Assembly (NCBI GenBank): GCA_963829055.1
Contig: CAWHHI010000011.1
Span: forward strand, 64,001 to 128,000
DNA from: an uncultured Gemmatimonadaceae bacterium
Lineage (GTDB): Bacteria > Gemmatimonadota > Gemmatimonadetes > Gemmatimonadales > Gemmatimonadaceae
Direction of reading: 5' to 3'
DNA length: 64,000 nt
A model generated the notes under the pieces. That model was not told where the DNA came from. It ran no database searches and was given only the letters and a program-made list of their open reading frames with translations. The position numbers were made by a program, and so were the translations under genes. Shown one piece after another: positions 53,457 to 63,068 of the stretch (position 1 is its first letter; each line of letters begins with the position of its first letter).

Positions 53457-56126
53457 TACCGCTTCGGCGCCGCCCAGAAACCCGCCGTTCCGCTCGCCCC
53501 GTCCGCGATATCGCGACCGAACAGCGCCGCGTTGAAGACCGTGCGGAACGTCCCGAACGGCTGGCCGCGCCACTGCGGACGGAAGCCGATGAGCACAACG
53601 CGGCCGCGGCCGTGCTTCACGTCGAGCGCCGCCGCGTTGCCCTGGAGGTATTTCTCACCGAGCAAATAGCCCGACAGGCGCGGTGAGCCGGACGGCGCGT
53701 ACTTCGCGAGCGCGGATCCCTCGAAGCCGTCGAGCGTCGTGAACACCGGACTCCCGTCCACGAACACCTTGGCGTGCTCCGGCATGCCCGCCATGAGCGG
53801 ATGCGCCTGATCCGTGATGACCTCCAGAATCGATCCGCTGGCGAAGAAGTCCTTCCGCGCCACGCCGGCCACGACGTTCTTGACCGGCAGGTCGAGCGCG
53901 TCGATCGCAAAGTTCGCGCTCTGGTTGAGGCACACGAGCGTGCCGCCAGCACGCACGAACGCGTCGAACGCACGAGCGCCGGCGTCGCCGATGCCGCCCG
54001 CATAACGCGGCGGGACCGTGCCACTCCCGAACCCATCGGTGATGGCGCGCGGCGAGTCGGACGCCATGAGAATCACGTCGAAGCGCGTCGCGAGGTCGCC
54101 AGCGCGAACATCCGTCGGTGCGATCACGGTGTAGCGGAAGCCATACTGATCGAGCAACCACTCGGTCCAGCCTTCGTCCATGCTCGCGGTCCACGGCTTG
54201 AACAGCGCGATTCGCAGGCGGGCCGCCGGGACACCAGCGCTCCCGCCTAACGATACGCGTTCCGCGCGCAACGAGAGCTCGCGCGCCCACCCCTCGAGGC
54301 GCGACATCGGCACGCCCGAGACGACGTAGCGCACCCCCTGCCCTCGCGCGGCCGGCGCGACGCGCACGGCACCGCCGGCGGCGAGCGCCTGGCTGATGAG
54401 GCGGAATGCGTCGTTCTGTGCAGGGTCGACGGCGAGCCGATCGCCCGACCCGGTGATCACCGACGGTGGCGCCGTGATGCCGGATGCGACCGAATCGGTC
54501 GAGAACGGCGCATCGGCGGACGCGCGCCAGTCCGTCGGCTTCCCCCGCACGGGACGGAGGGCAGCGCGGGTTTCGTTAGGCACCGGCGAGCGGACCTCGA
54601 TGGCGTTGACGCCCATCTGGAACGGCAGCGTCCAGCCCGCGGCGTCGTACGGCTGCTCTGGCGGACCCTCCGGGTATTCGCGCAGGTCGGGATACTCCTG
54701 CACCTCGAACAGCTGCCTGACGAGCTCGGAGAACTCCTGGTCCATGGGGATGACCCAGTCGCCGCGACGATACGTCGTGCCGTCGAAGGCAGCGTCGCGA
54801 TCGAGCTGGCTCACGCGCACACCGTTGAACGCGAGGCGGCGAAGCATCTCCACCGCGGCGCCCGGATCACGTTGCGACTGCGGGATCACGTACGCATACG
54901 GCGGCTCGGCCGCATAACGCTTGATGGCGTTGCGGCCAGCCTGGTAGCGGTTGTAGAGGATGTCCTCGCGATACTTGCTTGCGTAGTCGAGCGTCGCCAT
55001 GGACGCCGTACGCATGTAGTCCACCGCGTCCTTGAGCCGCCACCAGCCGCCGGGCCATGGGCTCGGGTAGAGCGACTGCGGTCGGAGGTCGCGCATGTCG
55101 CGCGGGAAGTCGTCCAGCGTGTAGAAGTGCGGCGTTGCATAACGATAGAGCGCCGTCTCGGTCCAGTACGACGTTGATGTTCTGCAGCATCGGCATGTAG
55201 TCGATGTAGCCGGGATACCAGGCGTCGAAGCCGGTGCCCATGTGCGTCGCGCCCACCTGGCCGTTGCTCTCCAATGCCTGCGCGATCGTCATGCCGATCG
55301 TGTTCACCTGACGCGACATCAGCGCCGGCACGCGCGGCGCGATCGGCTCGGCGAACGGCGGCAGCCAGATGCGTGTGGGGAACGGCGCGGTCTGATGCTG
55401 CACGTAGATGATCTGCGGCTCCCACTCGCGCCACGTGCGCGCGACCACGCGCGACTCGACGACGTTCAGCATGTACGCGTCGCGGTTGTTGTCGTGGCCG
55501 ATGTACTTCTGATACACCTCGTGCAGTGGCGAAATCTCGTACGGCGTGCCGACGTTCTCGCGATACCAGTTGACGACGATGTTCTGACCATCGGGGTTGA
55601 TCGATGGCCAGAGAAAGAGCACGGTGTTGTCGAGGATCGCTTTGACCTTCGGATCGTCGGGCCGCGAGAGCAGATCGTACGCGAGCTGGATGGTGTGCTG
55701 CGAGCCGGCGATCTCCGACGCGTGCAGACCGCCACTGATGTCGACGAAGACCTTCCCTTCCGCGGCGAGACGATGGGCCTCGGCGTCCGTGAGCCCTGTG
55801 GGATGCGCGATCCGCTGCGCGATCTCCTTGAGGCGATCGAGGCGGGCGAGATTCTCCGGAGACGAGATGACCGCGAGCGTCCACGCGTGGCCGGTGGACG
55901 TCTTCCCGACATCGATCAGATGGATGCGGTTCGTCGCGGCGGCCAGCTTCTGGAAGTAGGCGATTGACTCATCGTACGTCGCGAGCTTGAAGTCCGCGCC
56001 GACGGTGAAGCCCAGCGACGATTCCGGGGTGGGGATTGCTGGTTGCTGGGCGCTGGTGGCTGTGGCGCTGGCCAGAGTGGCGATGATCGATACCAGGACG
56101 GCGATTTGACGGATAAAGCGGTGCAT
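53456..56126 (-). CDS. M14 family zinc carboxypeptidase-like protein, secreted (+1 frameshift near 55172)
   Basis: Signal peptide; GGLHASE (HxxE), NPDG, GHDNNRD, PYDAAGWTLP and SMDEGWTEWLL. Confidence 0.87.
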
Positions 56127-56228
56127 GGCGCAGGCGCAGAGGGGGCTGAGTTGACGGGCTGCGCAATATGCGCTTTGGATCCCGGTGCGCGTAATGCGTT
56201 CGCATTCGGGCATTATCGCTCACGCATC

Positions 56229-56470
56229 ATCGCGCCGGGGCCGGTGGGAACTACGATTTTGCGGATGACACGGAAAACGGCCGGATACGACTTTGCATGG
56301 ACGCTGGCTCATCGCCGGACTCTGAAATAATGGGAACGGCCGCTCGGGACGCCATTGCGTCCCGAGCGGCCGTTCCCAAGAAATCCCGGCTCGTTGCGTG
56401 AGGAGCCGGACCTACCGAGCGGTATCCTGATTCTTCCGTTTCATCCGCAAAATCGTAGTTCCCACCGGCC
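56229..56470. mobile_element. MITE-like element, family 5, basic unit
   Basis: GGCCGGTGGGAACTACGATTTTGCGGATGA ... TCATCCGCAAAATCGTAGTTCCCACCGGCC (30-bp perfect inverted arms) plus the central hairpin. Confidence 0.78.
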
Positions 56471-56533
56471 GCTTGCGCGACGCAACAGTACAGATTTGGA
56501 TCACCAGTCGTCCCTACGGACTGAACAGGCGTA

Positions 56534-57640
56534 ATGAGAGTCGCACGACCGAGGCCAGCACATGCACTCATCGACGAAACCGGGATTCGATGGGTATCCG
56601 CGATCATCACAATCGCGATCGCGGCCGCCACCGCGTGCCAACAGGCGCCCAGCAAGCCTGCGATCGAATCGAAGGTCGTCTACTCGGACGCCTTCACGAT
56701 CGACACCATGTGGTCATCGATGCAGGGGCCGTATCGCGTGATGAAGGTCGAGCTCACGGACAGCACGACCCACGATCTCGTGTGGGTCGTCGGTTACGAC
56801 GCGGCCATCGTCGACGCGGACACGCGCGCGCCAAAGTCATCGGAGTTCATGTGCCACTCCAATGTCGACCTCGACATGGCTCGGCATCGACAGATCTTCG
56901 GCTGGGAGAAGTATCCGAGCCGGCGGCTGTTCACGTTGAGTGAAGGGCAGACGAACGTGCAGCTCCCCGAAGGCTTCGGGATCCCGCTCCGCTCGGACGA
57001 GCCACTGTCCGTGACGGCGCAGGTGCTGAATCACAACTATCATGGTCCGGCCATCCGCGTCAGGCAGCGCGTGACGGTGCACTTCATCCGCGATCGCGCG
57101 CTCAAGCATTCACTGATTCCTCTGTATCAGCGCGGCGTCAATACGCTCGTGCGACTGGACGGCCCCGACGGCGCGTTCAACACCGAGGTCGACGAGCACG
57201 CCATGCACGATCACGGCGGCGCCGAAGGCATGGCAGCGGACACGATGCCGTATCACGATCGCGAGGGCCGCACGTTCGCGGGCCACTGGGTCGTGAAGCC
57301 GGGCCGAGAGGTGCGGACGACGCCGATCAATGGCTGGCTGCAGATGAAGGAAGACATGAAGATCCACTACGTGAGCGTGCACCTCCACCCGTTCGCCGAA
57401 TCGCTCGAGCTCCGCGATGCGACGACGGGAAAGACGCTGCTCGCGAGCGCCGCGGAGAATCGACCGGAGCGCATCGGGCTCGCGCGCGTCGATCAGATCG
57501 CGTCACGTGAAGGGATCACGCTACACAAGGATCACGAGTACGAGCTCGTGAGTGCCTACAACAACACGAGCGGCGGCAACCGGACCGCCATGGCCGTCAT
57601 GTACCTGTACGTCGAGGACACGGAGTTCAAGCGCAGGTAG
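56534..57640 (+). CDS. Hypothetical lipoprotein, possibly of the copper type II monooxygenase (PHM/DBH) fold
   Basis: Lipobox AATAC; MCHSN, PEGFGIP, LNHN, VHLHPFA and YNNTS...AMAVMY; His/Met-rich linker. Confidence 0.55.
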   Translation: MRVARPRPAHALIDETGIRWVSAIITIAIAAATACQQAPSKPAIESKVVYSDAFTIDTMWSSMQGPYRVMKVELTDSTTHDLVWVVGYDAAIVDADTRAPKSSEFMCHSNVDLDMARHRQIFGWEKYPSRRLFTLSEGQTNVQLPEGFGIPLRSDEPLSVTAQVLNHNYHGPAIRVRQRVTVHFIRDRALKHSLIPLYQRGVNTLVRLDGPDGAFNTEVDEHAMHDHGGAEGMAADTMPYHDREGRTFAGHWVVKPGREVRTTPINGWLQMKEDMKIHYVSVHLHPFAESLELRDATTGKTLLASAAENRPERIGLARVDQIASREGITLHKDHEYELVSAYNNTSGGNRTAMAVMYLYVEDTEFKRR

Positions 57641-57821
57641 GGCCCCACCCGACCAGCGACCAGCTCCATCCCAGCGGCAGACTGGACTTTCTATTCGTCC
57701 CGCCTAACGGTCGTCTCGTCACCGCGCGTCACGACTCGCAGATCGCGAACAGCGCGCGCGGTGCCCGCGCCGCATCTTGGAAGCGTCCAGGACCGTCCAC
57801 CTCCATTCAAGGGCGCCGGCC

Positions 57822-58259
57822 GTGCCGATTTCGTTCACTATCGAGCCAACCACCGGGCTGCTGCGAACCGTCATCACCGGGCGGTTCAGCCGCGATGACA
57901 TGGTTGGGTATACGAACCAGATACGCTCGCATCCCTCGCTCGATCGTGTCGAGCGACGACTCGTGGACGTACGCCCGTCCGCGCTCGTGACGGCGGATGA
58001 GTTGCTCGAGCTCCTCGTGCTCGAGCACGATGTCGCCGGCAGTACGCGTCGCACGGACCGTCGCGCGATCCTGCTCAGCTCGGACAGCGGGCCGGCGCTC
58101 GGCCGCGAGCTGGTGGTGGCGGATCGCCGACATTCGGGAGTGCCGATCGCGTATCGCGTCTTCCGATCGGCAGCGCACGCATACCGCTATCTGCACGTCG
58201 AGCCGTCTCGGCTGGTGAACGCGAGACAGAGGCAGCCGATCGGGCGCCATGTGAACTGA
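57822..58259 (+). CDS. Small hypothetical protein (STAS/SpoIIAA-like)
   Basis: PISFTIEPTTGLLRTVITG, LVDVR, RRAIL and YRVFRSAAHAYRYL pattern. Confidence 0.55.
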   Translation: MPISFTIEPTTGLLRTVITGRFSRDDMVGYTNQIRSHPSLDRVERRLVDVRPSALVTADELLELLVLEHDVAGSTRRTDRRAILLSSDSGPALGRELVVADRRHSGVPIAYRVFRSAAHAYRYLHVEPSRLVNARQRQPIGRHVN

Positions 58260-58438
58260 CCGGCCGCGCGCACTTGGGCTCGGCGGTGCAGATCGCCTGA
58301 AGGAAGGCCCGGAGTATCTGGGGTCGCAATGCCGGTTGCCGGTGGGCTGTCACCGCCCGGTTGTCATCCTGAGCACAGCGGCCGATCTTCTCGGGCGTCA
58401 CCCCTTCCCGCGCTGCCCACGCCATTCGTGCCCGCCGC

Positions 58439-60422
58439 ATGATCAACCCAGCCGCCGAGTGGCTCGAGGCCGACGGGCTCGGCGGCTTCGCGTTTGGTCG
58501 CGCCGACGGCGTGCGCACGCGGCGATATCACGCCACGCTGGCAGTCGCGACCACGCCGCCTACCGGACGCGTCGTGCTCGTGAACGGCTACGACGCCTGG
58601 ATCGAGACCAGAGAGGGACGGTTCGCCATCTCATCGCAGCGGTACACGCCCGACGTGACGCACCCGGACGGCGCCGCTCGCATCGCGCGATTCACGCGCG
58701 ACCCGTGGCCCACGTGGACCTACGTGCTGCCTAACGGGATCGAGGTGATCCACGAGCTCGTCGCGGTTCGCGGTGCACCGGTCGTTGCGCTCTCGTGGCG
58801 CGTGAATCGCCAGGATGACGCACGCCTCATCGTCCAGCCGTACCTCTCCGGACGCGACATCCATGCGCTGCACCACGAAAACAGCGCATTTCGGTTCGAC
58901 GCACGGGTCGATGGGCACCGTGTCGCCTGGCAGCCGTATTCCACGCTACCGCCCGTCGTCGCGCTGGCGAGCGGCGACTACGAAGCAGACCCGGCGTGGT
59001 ACCGTCAATTCCAGTATGACGAGGAGCGCGCGCGCGGCCAGGACTTCGTCGAGGATCTCGCGATGCCTGGGCGCTTCACATTCTCCCTGAGGCAGCGCGC
59101 CGTGCTCGCGTTAGGTGCAGGTTCCGGTGCGGGTGAGCCGCATCGTACTCGATCTACTCTCCGCATCGCCGGAGCAATGCTGGGACTCGATCGGGACGAG
59201 CGAACGCCAACGGCGCGCGTCGTTCCCGTCCGCACTGCACCGAGCCGCCGACGACTACATAGTCGCGCGCGGCGCCGGAAAGACGATCATCGCCGGATAC
59301 CCGTGGTTCTCGGACTGGGGCCGCGACACGTTCATCGCGATGCGCGGTCTCTGCATCGCGGGCTCGGAGGCAGGCCGGCGACTCGACGACGCCCGCGAGA
59401 TCCTGCTCGAGTGGGCCGAGCATGTGAGCCACGGCATGCTGCCGAACTTTTTCCCGGAGGGCGGGAAGGCCGCCGAGTACAACTCGGTGGACGCATCGCT
59501 CTGGTATGTCATCGCCGTCTACGACTTTCTGAGTCGAGCTTCGTCGGCGCGTCCCGTCGCAGCGGCCGATCGACGCACGCTGCTCGGAGCGGTCGACGCC
59601 ATCGTGAACGGCTATGCCCGAGGCACTCGTTATGGAATCCGCGCCGACGGCACTGGTCTTCTCGCCGCCGGCGAGATGGGCGTCCAGCTCACGTGGATGG
59701 ACGCGAAGGTCGGTGACTGGGTCGTGACTCCGCGCATTGGTAAGCCGGTCGAGATCCAGGCGCTATGGATCAACGCCCTTCGTATGGCGGGACAACGATC
59801 CGATCGCTGGGCCGCGCTCGCGACGCTCGCGCAGGCGACGTTCGCGGAGCGGTTCTGGAATGACGAGCGCGGCTTCCTGTTCGATGTCGTCGACGTCGAT
59901 CATACGGACGGCGTGAACGACGCGAGCCTGCGTCCGAATCAGATCTTCGCCGTTGGCGGTCTCCCGTTCCCGATCCTCGACGGAGAACGCGCTCGACGCG
60001 TCGTGGACATCGTCGAGCATCAGCTCTGGACGCCGGCTGGCCTTCGCTCGTTAGGCCGCACCGAGCCGGGGTACACTGGTCAGTACCGCGGCACCGCCCG
60101 TGAGCGCGACGGGGCGTACCATCAGGGTACGGTGTGGCCGTGGCTCATTGGCGCATTTGTCGAGGCGTGGCTCCGCGTTCGTGGAGACACCGCGGACAAC
60201 CGGCGTGAAGCGCGCAGGCGGTTCCTCGATCCGCTGCTCCGGCACTTCGACGCGAGCGCGCCGGGACACGTGGGCGAGATCGCGGACGGCGACGCCCCGT
60301 ACCGCGCACAGGGATGTCCGTTTCAGGCGTGGTCGGTGGGTGAGGCGCTGCGACTGAGCGAGGAGGTCCTGCGCGAGCCAAGCGAATCACCGAACGCGAG
60401 CGCGCCGGGCAGAAACCGCTGA
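58439..60422 (+). CDS. Amylo-alpha-1,6-glucosidase (glycogen debranching enzyme); +1 frameshift near 59132
   Basis: EWLEADGLGGFA, TRRYH, IIAGYPWFSDWGRDT, YNSVDASLW, LTWMDAK, LRPNQ, YHQGTVWPWL and GCPFQAWS. Confidence 0.92.
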
Positions 60423-61198
60423 TACAGCCGACGAGCGAGCACGCGGGCCTTCACTCCCGCCCATCGCGGCGGAAGCATCGACGCCGGCAACTCGGGGTCC
60501 TTCCACGCGACCTCGAGAAACGAGAGGACGACCGCGAACCGGAGCCCGAACTGCGTCGCGAGCGGGATCGTCGCCGCACGCCGACGGCCAAGCGGGTCGA
60601 AGCGTCGCAGGAACACAGCGTATTCCTCGCCGAGTCGCTCGAGGTCCCAGTAGGCGTAGGCGAAGTCGCGGTCGGAAACACCGTGGATCTTGTCGGCGCG
60701 AAATGCCGTCACGAACTCGGCGACGCCAAGATCGCCGACCGCTCGGCGAAGGCGCTCGGCGCGATCGCGGGCGTGGACGTAGGTGCCGTTGCCCAGCGGA
60801 GCAAAGCCTTCGACCTGGAGGATGTTCCGCACGCGCTCGCGCTCCAGGCGCATCTCCGTCGGAAAGCGCGTGAGCACGAGCGTCCAGTAGCCGTCCCATC
60901 CCGTTTCGGGCGTCGCGAAGATCTTCTGCACGCCGGCACCAATCTCGGCGCGCGCGTACGGGGACGCCTTGTACATCTTCACTCGACCGACCCGTCGGCT
61001 GATGAGCTCTTCGTCGCGTTCCATGCGAAAGAGCGTCTGGCGGACCGCGGCGGGCGAGACGCCTAACGACTCGAGGGCGGCGACGAACCAGGTGCCGGCG
61101 ACTTCCCCACCTCGCCGGTCGCCATAGAAGCTCAGCGCCGAGTAGATGAGGTAACTGACCGGAGCATCGGTGACGGTGGACAGCAGGGCGTCGAACAT
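60323..61198 (-). CDS. PaaX family transcriptional regulator
   Basis: AVRQTLFRM winged helix; WDGYWTLV, YWDLERL and DPELPASMLPPRWAG; 3' end overlaps the convergent gene by 100 nt. Confidence 0.85.
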   Translation of the reverse strand: MFDALLSTVTDAPVSYLIYSALSFYGDRRGGEVAGTWFVAALESLGVSPAAVRQTLFRMERDEELISRRVGRVKMYKASPYARAEIGAGVQKIFATPETGWDGYWTLVLTRFPTEMRLERERVRNILQVEGFAPLGNGTYVHARDRAERLRRAVGDLGVAEFVTAFRADKIHGVSDRDFAYAYWDLERLGEEYAVFLRRFDPLGRRRAATIPLATQFGLRFAVVLSFLEVAWKDPELPASMLPPRWAGVKARVLARRLYQRFLPGALAFGDSLGSRRTSSLSRSASPTDHA

Positions 61199-61203
61199 AG
61201 CGG

Positions 61204-61329
61204 ATGTTGAGGGCAGGCGGTGCAGGCCCTATAGCCAGATTTGGCAAAGAGCAGGCTTACGTAACGGGCGAGCGGCCTAGCGCGTTTGCCAAATCTGGCT
61301 ACGGGGCCGGAACCGCCTGCCCTCAACAT
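61204..61329. repeat. Inverted repeat (about 45-nt arms) in the divergent promoter region
   Basis: ATGTTGAGGGCAGGCGGT...TAGCCAGATTTGGCAAA is mirrored by TTTGCCAAATCTGGCTA...ACCGCCTGCCCTCAACAT. Confidence 0.8.
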
Positions 61330-61457
61330 TGCTGACGCGTTCCACCAGTGTGCTGCCAGCTCGGCTAGTCACACTACAGTTGACAATATTGCGTCTTTCG
61401 CCGACCGTCTGGTAAGTGTCCACGCTGTAGAAGATCGGAGTCACTCGGTCCACCGCC

Positions 61458-62831
61458 ATGATCGTCGCTCGCACCGCTGTCGCCGGCATCATTGCCGGCT
61501 CGCTCTACGCTCTCGCCGGCGATGTGCCGTCGCGAGACGCGCAACACCAGGCCGACGCGCCGTTGGCTATCGTGGACGTCACCGTCATTCCCGTCGTCAC
61601 CGCGGGAACGCTCCCGCGTCAGACGGTGCTGATTCGAGACGGCAGAATCATCGCCGTCGGGCCCAGAGCGTCGGTTCGCCTTCCCGGCAATGCACGTGTG
61701 ATCGATGGGCGAGGGAAGTTTCTCGTCCCGGGTCTCGTTGACGCGCACGTTCATCTCGAAGAAGTGGCCGACCTCCCGCAGTTCGTCGCAGCGGGCGTGA
61801 CGACCGTTCGTGATCTCATGGGTTCTCCAGAAACGCTCGCGTGGCGCAAGAACACCGCTGACGGAACGGTGGTCGGCCCTCGCGTCATTGCCGCCGGGCC
61901 GCTGTTCGCCGGCCCTCAGGTCCCGTGGCGGAAGAAGTTCGTGACGGAGGATCCCGACTCGGCCCGTGCCGAGGTGCGGCGTCAACACGCGGCGGGCTAT
62001 GACCTGGTGAAGATCTACGACGGACTCACCGCGCCAGTGTACGCGGCGGTGATGGACGAGGTGCACGCGCTCGGAATCACGGCGACCGGCCACATTCCCG
62101 CGGCTGTGCACCTGAGCGGCGTGCTCGCCGCGAAGCAGAATCTCGAGCACACGGACAAGATCGCGTTCGACGTGTTCAATGGCACACCCGATACGACGCG
62201 TATCGATTCCGTGGCTCGGGCGATCGCAGCGGCAGGCGTATTCGTGACGCCGACCATCGCGAGCATGCAGCAACTGGCGCGTGTCGGGTCGGGCGCATTC
62301 GATTCGCTGCTCGCGCGGCCCGAAGCGCGGCGCGCGGGTCCGGTGACGCTCGACGTCTGGTGCACGTACACGGTGCGGCTGCGCGGCACCCGCACGGTAC
62401 CAGCGGGGACTCGCTACAACCGCGGGACCGACTTTCAGATGAGGATCGTGGACGCGGAGCGGCGGGCGGGCGTCGCGATACTCGCGGGAACCGACTACCC
62501 GAACGCGATGCTCGCGCCTGGTGGAAGTCTGATCGAGGAGATGATCGCGTTGCGCGAGGCCGGCCTCTCGAGCGCCGATGCACTCCGCGCGGCGACGCTC
62601 ACGGCCGGGCGCGCGATTGGCGATAGCACCTCGGGGCTGATCAGGGCGGGAGCGCGCGCCGATCTCGTTCTCGTCGGCGGCAATCCCCTGGACGATCTGC
62701 ACGCGCTCTCCCGAGTGGACGCCGTGGTTCTGAATGGCCGCTGGCTCTCGCGCGCAGTTCTCGACTCGATTGCGCCGCTTCCTGCCGCTGCGCCCAGTTG
62801 CCCTGGAAGCGCGCCGCGGTCGTTCGAGTGA
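61458..62831 (+). CDS. Metal-dependent amidohydrolase family protein, probably secreted
   Basis: GGAG RBS; PGLVDAHVH, GVTTVRD, VKIY, GH, EH, AGTD and ADLVLVGGNPL. Confidence 0.9.
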   Translation: MIVARTAVAGIIAGSLYALAGDVPSRDAQHQADAPLAIVDVTVIPVVTAGTLPRQTVLIRDGRIIAVGPRASVRLPGNARVIDGRGKFLVPGLVDAHVHLEEVADLPQFVAAGVTTVRDLMGSPETLAWRKNTADGTVVGPRVIAAGPLFAGPQVPWRKKFVTEDPDSARAEVRRQHAAGYDLVKIYDGLTAPVYAAVMDEVHALGITATGHIPAAVHLSGVLAAKQNLEHTDKIAFDVFNGTPDTTRIDSVARAIAAAGVFVTPTIASMQQLARVGSGAFDSLLARPEARRAGPVTLDVWCTYTVRLRGTRTVPAGTRYNRGTDFQMRIVDAERRAGVAILAGTDYPNAMLAPGGSLIEEMIALREAGLSSADALRAATLTAGRAIGDSTSGLIRAGARADLVLVGGNPLDDLHALSRVDAVVLNGRWLSRAVLDSIAPLPAAAPSCPGSAPRSFE

Positions 62832-62833
62832 GT

Positions 62834-62952
62834 TGTCATTCCGAGCGAGCGAAGCGAGTCGAGGAATCGCGATTGTGATGGGTAGAGGGCCCTCTATCCG
62901 TATGATCGCGATTCCTCGACTGCGCCGCTCCGCGGCTCCGCTCGGAATGACA
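62834..62952. repeat. REP-like palindromic element, family 2
   Basis: TGTCATTCCGAGCGAGCGAAGCGAGTCGAGGAATCGCGAT ... ATCGCGATTCCTCGACT ... CGCTCGGAATGACA; central TAGAGGGCCCTCTA. Confidence 0.85.
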
Positions 62953-63068
62953 ACGCGCTCGTCCCCGCTTTGCGACGAGCGGGCCCACCGACGCTGACGC
63001 AGCCCAATGACCGCGCGATAGATTCGGCATACGCGTTCGATCTACTGCCGCCTCCTCCGGAGAGCTGA

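Noticed and set aside
53194..53535. 113-aa ORF with a GGAG upstream
   Set aside because: No recognisable domain; it runs into REP sequence and the convergent gene, so it cannot be supported.
14278..56470. CRISPR array among the repeats
   Set aside because: No regularly spaced direct repeats with unique spacers, and no cas genes.
60323..60422. 100-nt convergent overlap as antisense regulation
   Set aside because: Both overlapping tails are unconserved-looking extensions, which is common in GC-rich genomes and could also reflect an error.
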